Virus record (IMG/VR): IMGVR_UViG_3300032254_000258
Location: 1 to 54,079 of that record
Source: a virus
Lineage: Duplodnaviria; Caudoviricetes
Length of the DNA stretch: 54,079 nt
Reading direction: 5' to 3' (one strand)
Below are positions 18,083 to 27,249 of the stretch, piece after piece. Made by a program: the position numbers and the translations under genes. Numbering within the stretch: position 1 is the stretch's first letter; each line of letters begins with the position of its first letter. The notes below the pieces were generated by a model, which was given only the letters and a program-made list of their open reading frames with translations, had not been told where the DNA came from and did not search any database.

Positions 18083-19552
18083 TTAAGGCTGTTCTTCGGG
18101 GTCCGCCGGTTTCACGGGCGTCGCCCGCTCACCCTGGACCTCGCCGGGGCCGGAGCTGTAATTCAGGCCCAGAGCAGCAGCGCGCTTTGCATCCGCCGCA
18201 TTCTCGCGGTCGATTTCCTCGATGTCATAACCGGTGGCTTCGACCGCTTTGCGCCGCGATACCAGTCCAGCATTGATACCCAGCAATTGTGCCTGAATGT
18301 CCTTCAGCGGATCGACCCAATCCCAACGTGGCGGGATCCAGTGGACCGGTTTGGCCCTGGCCATGTCCGGCAGATCAAGTGCGCCCGACAGCGCCACCGC
18401 CTCCAGCCAGCGTTGCCATACCGGCCGACAGAACTGGTGCGCCATGACGCCATGCTGAAGCTGGCCGATGCGGCGGCGGAACTCGACCAACTCGGCCCGC
18501 AGGCTGGAGTAATTGGCCTGGCGCACGTCTCCGGTGACCAGGTGATAGGGCAGTCCAAGGGATGCCGAGATCGCCAGCAAGGTGCGATACTGAAACGCCT
18601 CATAACCGCCGCCCACATCGGCAGGGCTCGAGAACTTGATGTCCTCGCCGGGCAGCAGAACCTGCAAGGTGCCGGGCTCCAGACTGGCAATGCCGATGCC
18701 CCCGCCGGTATCTTCCACTTCCCCCATCAAGGCTTCTTCGGGCGCATTCTTGGTGATGAAGCCTGCAAACATCGCAGCGGTTTTCTTGCGATCGAGCTCG
18801 GCGTCGTCGTATTGATCCAGCAGAAACAGCCGCACCATGGCCGGAGCCACATGCGGCAGGCCGCGTATTTGCCCCGCATCAATGGGGCGGTAGATGTGCA
18901 GCACGTCCTCGGCAGGCACCCGCGTTGTGTCCGGAATAACGTCCCGCCTGTCCGTGCTGTCGCCGGGATGGCGGCGGCGGAAGTGATAGGCGACGCGCCG
19001 CCCGATCAGATCGAATTCGATACCACAGCGGATGCGATTGCCGTTTACCGCGGTTTCGGTTTTCTCGAAGGGGAGCATTTCCGATTGCAGCAATTGCAAC
19101 TGCATCGGCACCAGCAACCCGTCCTCGGCGCGGCGCGGCCTGATGCGCACGAAGCATTCGCCAGCCACGAACATCTCCCGCGCAATCATTGCCTGCAGCC
19201 CGTAAAAATCCGTCAGCCCGTCGGCGTCCGCCTGATCGGTCCAGGCCAGCCACAGGCGTTGAACCCGGTCCCGCAACTCCCCGTCCTCGATCAGCGACGA
19301 GGGTTTGATGCCGTCGCCGACCAGATTGGCGGCGTAAGCCTCGCAGGCATTGGCGGCATAGCCGTTGGTCACTACCAACTCGCGCGAGCGCGCCAGAAGT
19401 CTTGGCCCGCCCGAGGCCACCAGCGAGTTGATGTTTTCGAGCGGTGGCTGCCAGCCCCGCAGGCGACGGCGAGACATGGCCCCTTCGAGACGGGCGCGCA
19501 CGCTTGTGGGGCCGCCGGTTTCCCGGCGGTGAAAAGCATCAAACAGACCCAT
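18083..19552 (-). CDS. Portal protein, lambda family
   Basis: GIEFD..GR..AY, GQIRGLP, TGD....NYSS.R and W.WVDPLKD motifs. Confidence 0.93.
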   Translation of the reverse strand: MGLFDAFHRRETGGPTSVRARLEGAMSRRRLRGWQPPLENINSLVASGGPRLLARSRELVVTNGYAANACEAYAANLVGDGIKPSSLIEDGELRDRVQRLWLAWTDQADADGLTDFYGLQAMIAREMFVAGECFVRIRPRRAEDGLLVPMQLQLLQSEMLPFEKTETAVNGNRIRCGIEFDLIGRRVAYHFRRRHPGDSTDRRDVIPDTTRVPAEDVLHIYRPIDAGQIRGLPHVAPAMVRLFLLDQYDDAELDRKKTAAMFAGFITKNAPEEALMGEVEDTGGGIGIASLEPGTLQVLLPGEDIKFSSPADVGGGYEAFQYRTLLAISASLGLPYHLVTGDVRQANYSSLRAELVEFRRRIGQLQHGVMAHQFCRPVWQRWLEAVALSGALDLPDMARAKPVHWIPPRWDWVDPLKDIQAQLLGINAGLVSRRKAVEATGYDIEEIDRENAADAKRAAALGLNYSSGPGEVQGERATPVKPADPEEQP

Positions 19553-19773
19553 TACAATCCCTTGCTTGTGGACACGCGCACCTGCCGGATCACCCTGCGA
19601 CCTTCCAAAGCGGCGATTTCACGGTCCAACACATCGATGGCGCGGTCGATTTCCGCGAGGCTGCGGTATTCCACCGTCTTGCCATCATAGCTGACCCGGG
19701 CCACCCCGCTGGAGCGCGACGCCGCCAGCGCCTCGCGGCGGGTTTGCAGTTCTGCCAATGTGGCCACATTCAC
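19552..19773 (-). CDS. gpW-like head completion protein
   Basis: GVARVSYDGKTVEYRSLAEI motif; between terminase and portal genes. Confidence 0.85.
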   Translation of the reverse strand: MNVATLAELQTRREALAASRSSGVARVSYDGKTVEYRSLAEIDRAIDVLDREIAALEGRRVIRQVRVSTSKGL

Positions 19774-21752
19774 CTCATGTAATTCGAGCGCACGGAACGG
19801 CGCTGGTTTGCGGGACGGATGGTGCGACCACTGCGGGTGTGCCGCGCGGCTTTCACCGTGCCTGTGCCGACCTCGGTACCGGGAGCCGCCACCTGACGTT
19901 CCAGTTCATCCCATTGTTTTTCGGACCAACGATCGGCTCCAAGGATCCACGCGGCCGCACGGGCATAAACCCGGCAATCGAGCGCCTCGTTGCGTTCGCG
20001 CAGTTTCTGCCATTCGAGCCGGGCGAAACCGCGCTTGTTCCTCACCGTCACCAATTGCTCGGCGACCAGCTGCTTCAGCCATTCGCTGTCGATCCAGCCC
20101 GGCAGGTGCAGGGTTCCGGTCGGATAATCCATTCCGGCCATCAGTTCCTCCGGCGTTGGCCGTTCCAGGCGCAAAAACCGGTAGGTCTCGGATTTGAAGG
20201 TCGACACCGCGACCGTCCAGAGCCGCGCGCCGCGGCGCAGGCGTTTACCTGCGATCGTCGCGTCCACGAATGTTGGCCCAGACACTGGACTTGCCCGGTT
20301 GAAGCCTTCAACACCCTTGACCGGGGCCACCTGGCCAAAGCCGACTTTGCGGGCCCATCCGTAAACCGCGGGAGTTTCATAACCGGTGTCAATTGCGAGG
20401 CGCGCGATGGTCATCTGGCTGCCATTGGCATGTTGCCAGGTCCTACCCAGCAATTCCGTCAGCCCGTTCCAGCAAGCTTCCGAGCCCGGGCCGCCCTCGA
20501 TAACAATGTGGTCGATCAACCAGCTTTCCAACCCGCGACCCCAGGCCCAGACATCGACCTCGATGCGGTCTTTCTGCACATCGGCGCCGGCGGTCAGGAA
20601 CAGGGCATTCGCGGGCACAGTGCCTGCAGCCCAGTCTTCCTTGCGGTCCAGAAGCCGTTGCCAATCCGGCGCTTCGCCGCTCTCCACCCAGGTTTCGCCA
20701 AGCGAAGTGTTGATGAATGTTTTCATCGTGTCGTCACCCCCGGCACGGGCCGACAGGAATGCTTTTGCCATTGCCTCGAGCCGGATCCACGGTGAATAAA
20801 TCTCATTCAGATGGAAGCCCGCAATACCGGTAAACTGTTCTTTCGCCTGCCAGTGGCCTTTGCTGATTGCCGCCCAACGGGTCTCGTCTGTCCATGCTGC
20901 ATTACAGTGGACACAATGATACTTCGCCGTTTCGGGCTGATGCGCACCTCCCGCCGCCTTGTCCCACTTGACCTGCGGCCAGGTCAGCACCTGCTCCGTG
21001 CCACATTCCAGGCACGGCACCCAATATTGCCTCTGGTCGCTTTCCTCATAAGCCGCCTCAATGCGGCTGGCGCCCTTGTTGGTCGGCGTTGACACCAGCA
21101 CGATTTTGCGGTTCCAGAACGTCACTGTGCGTTTTTTCGCCAGATTGACCGGGTCCCCCTCGGCCCCGGCGCTGAACGGATAGCGATCGACCTCGTCGCA
21201 CATCAGCAGCCGGATCGGGCGACTGGCCAGCCCCGAGGGCGCGTTTGCCCCGACGATGGTCAGGTGCCCGCCCGGAAAGCGCTTGTGCAGGATCTTGTTG
21301 TTACCATCGCGCGATTTTGGATCGGCGATCTTGCCGGTCAAACATGGGGTGTCGCGCGCCATTGGTGAAAACCGGTCTTTCGACCAAGTTTCCGCATCCC
21401 GCTCGGTCGGCATTACCACCATGATCGGAGCCGGATCCTGATCAATGTGGTAGGCGACGGAATTGTTCAACATCTCGGTCTTGCCCACCTGACTGGAGGA
21501 CATGATGACCACGCTCTCCACACCCGCATCGGAAATCGTCTCCATGATCCCGCGCTGGTATTCCGCCCGACTGGTGCGCCACTGGCCGGGCTCAGAGCTG
21601 GCCTCCGAACTCAGCCGCCGGTTTTGATCCGCCCAGTCACTGATCGTCAGTTCCGGTGGCGGACGCAGCACTTCCAGCGCCCGTTTCACTGTCCGGCTCA
21701 GGATCAATGAGCCCGATATCCTCAGGGGCGGCGTTTCTTTCCGGTTGCACAT
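19770..21752 (-). CDS. Terminase large subunit, lambda GpA family (start codon uncertain)
   Basis: SSQVGKTE Walker A, DEVDRY, STPT, GADVQ.DR, IDTG and NEALDC motifs. Confidence 0.93.
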   Translation of the reverse strand: MCNRKETPPLRISGSLILSRTVKRALEVLRPPPELTISDWADQNRRLSSEASSEPGQWRTSRAEYQRGIMETISDAGVESVVIMSSSQVGKTEMLNNSVAYHIDQDPAPIMVVMPTERDAETWSKDRFSPMARDTPCLTGKIADPKSRDGNNKILHKRFPGGHLTIVGANAPSGLASRPIRLLMCDEVDRYPFSAGAEGDPVNLAKKRTVTFWNRKIVLVSTPTNKGASRIEAAYEESDQRQYWVPCLECGTEQVLTWPQVKWDKAAGGAHQPETAKYHCVHCNAAWTDETRWAAISKGHWQAKEQFTGIAGFHLNEIYSPWIRLEAMAKAFLSARAGGDDTMKTFINTSLGETWVESGEAPDWQRLLDRKEDWAAGTVPANALFLTAGADVQKDRIEVDVWAWGRGLESWLIDHIVIEGGPGSEACWNGLTELLGRTWQHANGSQMTIARLAIDTGYETPAVYGWARKVGFGQVAPVKGVEGFNRASPVSGPTFVDATIAGKRLRRGARLWTVAVSTFKSETYRFLRLERPTPEELMAGMDYPTGTLHLPGWIDSEWLKQLVAEQLVTVRNKRGFARLEWQKLRERNEALDCRVYARAAAWILGADRWSEKQWDELERQVAAPGTEVGTGTVKAARHTRSGRTIRPANQRRSVRSNYMR

Positions 21753-22206
21753 CGCTGTTGGCTAAATCCTCAAGGGCCGCGCGCAAGCTTTTGCCGAGAA
21801 GGTTGCGGGTATCGGCCAGGCTGCCTGCGGCATAAACCTCCGGAGCCAGACGGTCCGGCACGGCCAGAACCCGCGTGCGCAACAGCGCCAGCACCTTGAT
21901 CCAGGCCGCCTCGATATCTTCCACCGCGATCAATGCGCCACGTCGCTGCGCGGCCTCCATTTCCACCAGATCGGCGCGGGCCCGAATGTAACGCGCCCGC
22001 TCGGCGGCATAATCGGGTGCACCTGCCTGCGCGCTCACGGCCTGATCGCGCAAATACTGCACATAGCCGCGCACCGAACCGATCAGGTCATATTGCCCGC
22101 GCGTTGCCTTGGGAATGATGCCTTCGCGGCTCAGTTGCTGCACCCGCCGCTCGGACAGGTCCAGAAGCTTTGCGATCACGGCCAAAGGCTGTGTGGCAGC
22201 GGCCAT
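21637..22206 (-). CDS. Terminase small subunit, Nu1-like
   Basis: N-terminal HTH IAKLLDLSERRVQQL..EG and G.YDL...V..YV.YLR motifs. Confidence 0.88.
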   Translation of the reverse strand: MAAATQPLAVIAKLLDLSERRVQQLSREGIIPKATRGQYDLIGSVRGYVQYLRDQAVSAQAGAPDYAAERARYIRARADLVEMEAAQRRGALIAVEDIEAAWIKVLALLRTRVLAVPDRLAPEVYAAGSLADTRNLLGKSLRAALEDLANSDVQPERNAAPEDIGLIDPEPDSETGAGSAASATGTDDQ

Positions 22207-22308
22207 TTACAATCCCCACCTTCCGATCAACGCAATGATATTGCGGCTATTTTACTGGATAATCATTCCGAAAAGAGCGATTCTGATTACACCAAAAGGA
22301 GCCAGACC

Positions 22309-22503
22309 ATGACAAGCAAAACCAACCAAACCGCCCCCGCCGACCTGATGGCCGGGATTGCCAAAGAACACCTCTTCATCGAGACGCTGGAAGAGCGCAA
22401 AAGCGACAGCCTCGACTTCCACGAGGTTTCGGTCCGGGGCGTCCAAGCCGCTCTCGAAGCCGCCTACGCCGCAGGGCTGGCCGCCGCACGGGAGGCAAAA
22501 TGA
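22309..22503 (+). CDS. DUF6900-like small protein
   Basis: IA..HL.IETLE.R.SDSLDFHEVSV..V..ALEAAY motif; AGGAG RBS. Confidence 0.75.
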   Translation: MTSKTNQTAPADLMAGIAKEHLFIETLEERKSDSLDFHEVSVRGVQAALEAAYAAGLAAAREAK

Positions 22504-22727
22504 TGACCTGCAACACCCGCAGCAATGACAAAGCCCTTGCCGCCTTCATGGCCCGCAAGGCCGAAATCGACACCATGCTCGCCCGCCTGCAGGCGCTGAG
22601 CGACGAGCATTTTGAAGCCAGCCCCGACGACATCCACTGGGGGCATGTGGGCGATCTGGCCGATATTTCAAAGAACCTGCGCGAGATCTGCGACCGCGCC
22701 TTCCAAGAGGGCGAATACGCCGAATAG
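22500..22727 (+). CDS. Small hypothetical phage protein
   Basis: ATGA overlap with upstream gene; AL.AF..KAEIDTML.RLQALS.EHF..PD.I.WGHVG. Confidence 0.7.
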   Translation: MMTCNTRSNDKALAAFMARKAEIDTMLARLQALSDEHFEASPDDIHWGHVGDLADISKNLREICDRAFQEGEYAE

Positions 22728-22819
22728 TCAAAACCTTTCCTGCCCGCCCCGCCATGCGCGGGGCTTGGGGTAGTAGAAGGGGCTCGATAATCGCGCCTCA
22801 AACCACGGAGACGAAAGCG

Positions 22820-23035
22820 ATGTTTCTGATCTTTGATGCCGATAATTCCACGACCCAGATCTGGGCCAACCGCGAGAGTTACGGCTGGGATTTCTTCGTC
22901 TACGGCCTCACTGAATCCGGTGATCCTCGCGTCTGCCCTTCGCTTGCCATGGCCTGCGAACTGGTGGGCATCGACCCTCGCCCAATCCTGAACATCGCGC
23001 CGTTTCTGTCCCCATCCAAGGAAACCATCCAATGA
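22820..23035 (+). CDS. Small hypothetical protein
   Basis: GGAG RBS; stop overlaps the next ATG. Confidence 0.5.
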   Translation: MFLIFDADNSTTQIWANRESYGWDFFVYGLTESGDPRVCPSLAMACELVGIDPRPILNIAPFLSPSKETIQ

Positions 23036-23538
23036 CCAAACTCAGCGCAACCCAAACCCTTATTCTGTCGCGCGCCTCCCAGCAGGAGGACCGCATTGCC
23101 CTGCCACTCCCCGACCGTCTGCGCGGCGGGGCCGCCAACAAGGTGATCGTGCCGCTGATCAAACGCGGCCTGTTGGACGAGGTCGAGGCCGATATCCGAA
23201 AAGGCGAACCCACATGGCGCAAGACCGGCGACGGCCATGGCACCACGTTGGTCATCACCGATGCTGGGCTCGAAGCCATCGGCGTCGAGATTGAGGCGTC
23301 GCTCCCCGATCGAGGATCAATCAAGCCGAAACCCCGCACGGGCACAAAACAGGCCATGCTGATCGGGATGCTCGAAGCCCCCGACGGGGCAACGATTGCC
23401 GAGATCGTGACGGCTACAAATTGGCTGCCACACACAATTCGTGGAGCCATATCGGGCGCGCTGAAAAGGCGGCTGGGCCTGACCATCACCTCCGCGAAAG
23501 TCGAGGGGCGCGGGCGAACTTACAAAATCGCCTCCTGA
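23032..23538 (+). CDS. DUF3489 domain (winged-helix) protein
   Basis: GTKQA.LI.ML..PDGATI.EI..AT.W.PHTIRGAISGALK..LGL motif. Confidence 0.85.
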   Translation: MTKLSATQTLILSRASQQEDRIALPLPDRLRGGAANKVIVPLIKRGLLDEVEADIRKGEPTWRKTGDGHGTTLVITDAGLEAIGVEIEASLPDRGSIKPKPRTGTKQAMLIGMLEAPDGATIAEIVTATNWLPHTIRGAISGALKRRLGLTITSAKVEGRGRTYKIAS

Positions 23539-23557
23539 GCTATATTACTCATTGCCG

Positions 23558-23586
23558 CCGCCGCTCCATTGGGCGCGGCGGTTTCT
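23558..23586 (+). terminator. Possible intrinsic terminator after the DUF3489 gene
   Basis: CCGCCGC-N10-GCGGCGG followed by TTTCT. Confidence 0.45.
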
Positions 23587-23693
23587 CATTGGAAGGTTAG
23601 AAATCAGGAAGACCCCATTACGCTCATAGGTGACAAGCCTCGGCCATGTGGCTAACGTGGCGTTCAATTTTGAGCGAATTTTACAGGTGGCCT

Positions 23694-24194
23694 ATGGAAG
23701 AAATTGATTGGTCTGATCGAGCCTTTTACGACGATGGTGAGTGGATCACTTGGTCAGAAATTGACGAACAGCTTCGTTACAAAGAATGGGGGGCGAAGTA
23801 TCCCAACGCGATCCGTTCGATGATCCCGTACTTTGAAGATCTAATTTCATTAGCAGAAAGTTACCATTTTGAAACCGGTTTGCACCTGAATGTTTATGGG
23901 GACATCGGAGAATTGTTTGGCGCTATCACATATGGCATCAGGCTGAACAAGACATATGCGCAGGGTGCGGATGGTAGGCTGGGCGATGACCATGTCGAGA
24001 TCAAGACCATTACGCCTTTCAAGAACCGGGACGAAGTGCATGTGAAGCTTTCTGGAAACTGGTCCAAGCTGCTTGTAGTAAAAATAAATGCGGAATTTCA
24101 GGTGTCTGGGCGAATGATTGGTCGACGACAGCTTCCGAAAAGAAATGGGAAACTCTTGCGAGTCAAATGGCACGATTTATCTCCCGAGCAGTGA
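23694..24194 (+). CDS. Putative PD-(D/E)XK nuclease-fold protein (DUF6998-like); low-GC moron
   Basis: GDIGE....G.D.....VEIKT motif. Confidence 0.6.
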   Translation: MEEIDWSDRAFYDDGEWITWSEIDEQLRYKEWGAKYPNAIRSMIPYFEDLISLAESYHFETGLHLNVYGDIGELFGAITYGIRLNKTYAQGADGRLGDDHVEIKTITPFKNRDEVHVKLSGNWSKLLVVKINAEFQVSGRMIGRRQLPKRNGKLLRVKWHDLSPEQ

Positions 24195-24255
24195 CCGCTC
24201 TGCCCCACACAGCGGACGGCCGATAGTTTCAGGATTGCCTGGAACTTCAGCCGAA

Positions 24256-24471
24256 TTACCTCACGCGGATCGCCTCGAAAACCCGCCGCAGCGTGAACGA
24301 TCTGGCTATACTCACCACTGTGAAGATCAAGCCAAGTTTCAGGTTCTGGGCCAGCGTCGTTTGCAAGCCGAACAGCGGAAACACCAGCATCTGGGTGACC
24401 ACGGCAGCGCCGTAACCCACCACGACATTGGCGATGGCTTCCACCAGAGACATGATGCGCGATTGTTTCAT
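24256..24471 (-). CDS. Small two-TM phage protein
   Basis: MKQSR.MSLVEAIANV.VGY...FT.VSIARS..LRR.FE; two hydrophobic helices. Confidence 0.7.
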   Translation of the reverse strand: MKQSRIMSLVEAIANVVVGYGAAVVTQMLVFPLFGLQTTLAQNLKLGLIFTVVSIARSFTLRRVFEAIRVR

Positions 24472-25031
24472 TGCACCGACTCGTCAGCGATCATCACTGA
24501 ACCGAGCCACAAGAATTCGGAACGCATGCGCTGCAACCAGGGGAACCACACCGTTGCCGCAAAGTCGAAGCCGGTCCACGCGACCGGCCAGCCCATCAGC
24601 GCCTCGACAAAGGCTGGGTTCAAGCTGCGGCGCTGATCGCAGATATTCTCGCCAGCCTGCGAGATCGTCCGGGCCTGGCGGGAATACACGGCAAAGTTTG
24701 CCAGTTGATCCATGTGATTGCGGGCCGGTGGTTTCTGTTTCACATGCTCGGGACTGTTGGTGCCCTTCCAGTCCCGCGCCAGTGGCGTCGGCCACATCCC
24801 CGCCACATGGGTCAGGTCGGCCGATCTTCGGGTGCCCCCGCTCGGCTTGCAGCCGTCGCTTGCCATCGGTGTCGGCCAGTCCCGCGCCATACGATCCAGA
24901 CCCTTTTCGTTCCTGCGCGCTCCGCCCCGCGTGCGGAAACTGTCGATCTGGGGTGTTGGCCACATCGCCGCCTTGGTCGCAAGGTTCATTCCGTGTTTTC
25001 CAGCCAATTGTGACGGCGTCGGTTTTGTTTG
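24468..25031 (-). pseudogene. 3' remnant of a dual-frame C5 DNA methyltransferase (motif X in one frame; WPTP repeats and motif IX-like in the other)
   Basis: Frame ending at 24484 has RLRLCGNGVVPLVAA; frame ending at 24468 has 3x WPTP and RRSLNPAFVEALMGWP. Confidence 0.7.
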
Positions 25032-25104
25032 CAACGCAACTGCATATTTTGTAGGTTCCACATATCTATCTAGTGGAAAATTATTAGTCTGAAGAGGTAA
25101 CGAA

Positions 25105-25470
25105 ATGATACTGTATAAAAAAATGATATTTGCATGGGCTTCGCTTCTCTTCTCAATTGTCGGCGTTGCAGCAAATGCTCAGTCACTATCATGTAGCACC
25201 GATAGTTTCGGGAATACTTATTGTAACGACGGCACGACTTACAGCACTGACTCCTTCGGGAATACGTATGACAATCAAGGGAACAGTTGGAGCACGGATA
25301 GCTTTGGCAATACTTACGGGAGCGACGGTACGACCTATAGCACTGACTCCTTCGGTAACACATACGATAATAGCGGAAACAGTTGGAGCACGGATAGCTT
25401 CGGCAATACTTACGGGAGCGACGGCAGCGTCTGCTCGCAGGATAGTTTTGGAAATATCTACTGCAACTGA
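25105..25470 (+). CDS. Putative secreted protein with six 16-aa S(T/Q)DSFGN(T/I)Y repeats
   Basis: Signal peptide ending ANA-Q; tandem repeats visible in protein and DNA; low GC. Confidence 0.75.
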   Translation: MILYKKMIFAWASLLFSIVGVAANAQSLSCSTDSFGNTYCNDGTTYSTDSFGNTYDNQGNSWSTDSFGNTYGSDGTTYSTDSFGNTYDNSGNSWSTDSFGNTYGSDGSVCSQDSFGNIYCN

Positions 25471-25506
25471 TTTCTGTTTTATTTCAGTTCCTCGTGTAGT
25501 GAAAAC

Positions 25507-25665
25507 GTAACTTTCCCGCCCGACGTAACACACAGTGCAATACCCGGGGCATGCGATGGTGAGGCCGAGGTCGATCCCGCCTGCTCCGGCGCAGAGCGAG
25601 AGGCCGAAGAGCGGGTCTGCTGTTCCGAAAGCGTTTCCGGAGGGATGTAAAGCCAACTCATTCAC
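25507..25665 (-). pseudogene. 5' remnant of the C5 DNA methyltransferase (motif I)
   Basis: LSLCAGAGGIDLG SAM-binding motif I, then reads into the AT-rich insert; no PC or ENV motifs follow. Confidence 0.7.
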
Positions 25666-25670
25666 GGGTC

Positions 25671-26894
25671 TCAGCGCGGGTATTCCGCTAGGTCGGCGAA
25701 GGACTGGTCGGTGCCGTCCAGCGTTGCTTGTTTACCAGTGAATTGCTGCCAGCGCTCCACCGCCACATCGACGTAAGCGGGATTAAGCTCGATCCCGAGG
25801 CAAACGCGGCCCGTGGTTTCCGCTGCGATCAGCGTGGTGCCGGACCCCATGAACGGCTCGTAAATCGCCTGACCGGGGCTGGAATTATTAAGGATCGGGC
25901 GGCGCATGCACTCGACCGGTTTTTGCGTGCCGTGCACCGTGTCCGCATCCTGATCCTTGTTTGCAATCTGCCACAGCGTGGTTTGCTTGCGATCCCCGGC
26001 CCAATGGCCCTTGCCGGTCTTTTTCACAGCATACCAGCAAGGTTCATGCTGCCAGTGGTAATCACCCCGGCTCAGCACCAGCCGGTCCTTGGCCCAGATG
26101 ATCTGTGAGCGGACATTGAAGCCTGCCGCCTCGAGACTTTCGGCCACGGTCGTTGCGTGCAATGCGCCGTGCCACACATAGGCCACGTCACCCGGGAACA
26201 AATCCCAGGCCTCGCGCCAATCCGCCCGGTCGTCATTCAGCACCTTGCCGGTGCGTTTGGTGGCTGATGCGCCGGATTGGTTGCGCCAGCTTGGGTCGTA
26301 TTCCACACCGTAAGGAGGATCGCTGACAAGCAGCAGTGGTTTAACACCATCGAGCACCCGCTCGACATCCGTGGCCACCGTCGCATCCCCGCAGAGCAGC
26401 CGGTGGTTGCCCAGCACCCAAAGATCGCCCGGTCGGCTGACTGGGTCCACGGGCGGCTCGGGAATGTCGTTTTCGCCTTCGGTGTCGGTTTCGTCATCGA
26501 GACCGGACAGCAGACTATTCAACTCCTCGCCGGTAAAACCGGTCAGTTCCAGATCGTAATCCGCGTCCAGCAGATCGCTCAATTCAAGGCCCAGCAGATC
26601 TTCCATCCAATCGGCATTTTCGGCCGAGCGGTTGTCCATGATCCGGAACGCCTGTGCCTGGGTCCCGGTCAGCCCCTTGGCGACATGCACCGGTGCGGAT
26701 TTCAGGCCCAGCTGCTGTGCGGCCGCAAGCCGGGTGTGACCGGCCAGAATAACCATGTTCTCGTCAACCACGATCGGCTGCCGCCAGCCGAATTCGGCAA
26801 TCGAGGCCGCGACCGTGGCGATGGCTTTCTCGTTCTGGCGCGGATTGCGCGCATAGGGAATGATCTGCCCGAGAGGCAGTTCGATCACGTCCAT
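25671..26894 (-). CDS. ParB-N domain plus N6A/N4C DNA methyltransferase
   Basis: PYARNPR, FGWRQPIVVD and GHTRL (ParB); DPPY, HGTQKPV and EPFMGSGTT (beta-class order). Confidence 0.92.
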   Translation of the reverse strand: MDVIELPLGQIIPYARNPRQNEKAIATVAASIAEFGWRQPIVVDENMVILAGHTRLAAAQQLGLKSAPVHVAKGLTGTQAQAFRIMDNRSAENADWMEDLLGLELSDLLDADYDLELTGFTGEELNSLLSGLDDETDTEGENDIPEPPVDPVSRPGDLWVLGNHRLLCGDATVATDVERVLDGVKPLLLVSDPPYGVEYDPSWRNQSGASATKRTGKVLNDDRADWREAWDLFPGDVAYVWHGALHATTVAESLEAAGFNVRSQIIWAKDRLVLSRGDYHWQHEPCWYAVKKTGKGHWAGDRKQTTLWQIANKDQDADTVHGTQKPVECMRRPILNNSSPGQAIYEPFMGSGTTLIAAETTGRVCLGIELNPAYVDVAVERWQQFTGKQATLDGTDQSFADLAEYPR

Positions 26895-26917
26895 GATTTT
26901 TCCTTGGGTTGGTGGGC

Positions 26918-27115
26918 CGAAACGAAACGTATCAGCGTACGAAACGAAATGCCCCCGGGAGGCCGTTTCGTTTCAGGCGGGGTTTTTGGACCATCAGGCC
27001 CTTGTTTTTTGGGGTTTTAGGAGAAACGAAATGAAACGGGTGTTTTTCCAAACGTCACTGGGAAACTTGCGCGCCTAGCCCCCCCGTATACGTTTTGCAC
27101 AGGAAGGGACCCGTA
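26918..27115 (-). other. Candidate cos packaging site (cosQ/cosN-like plus GAAAC repeats)
   Basis: Minus strand ACGGGTCCCTTCC...TACGGGGGGGCTAGGCGCGCAAGTTT resembles lambda cosQ-cosN; four GAAACGAAA-type repeats downstream. Confidence 0.6.
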
Positions 27116-27249
27116 CAAATCATTGGGGTGCTCATAGCGGGCTTGATTGACCCAATCGGTCATCCACCCAAGTCTCTCGCGATTATGCCCAATTTGTAGC
27201 GCCCTAAAGCGGATGTGTCACGCGTTTCGGTGTCTCACCGAAAATTGTC

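Noticed and set aside
18287-19690. 467-aa plus-strand ORF and similar long antisense ORFs over structural genes
   Set aside because: Mirror frames of well-supported minus-strand genes; no recognisable motifs.
25195-25465. Regular 48-bp repeats as a possible CRISPR array
   Set aside because: Repeats are codon-degenerate, the spacers themselves repeat, and the whole is an open protein-coding frame; no cas operon.
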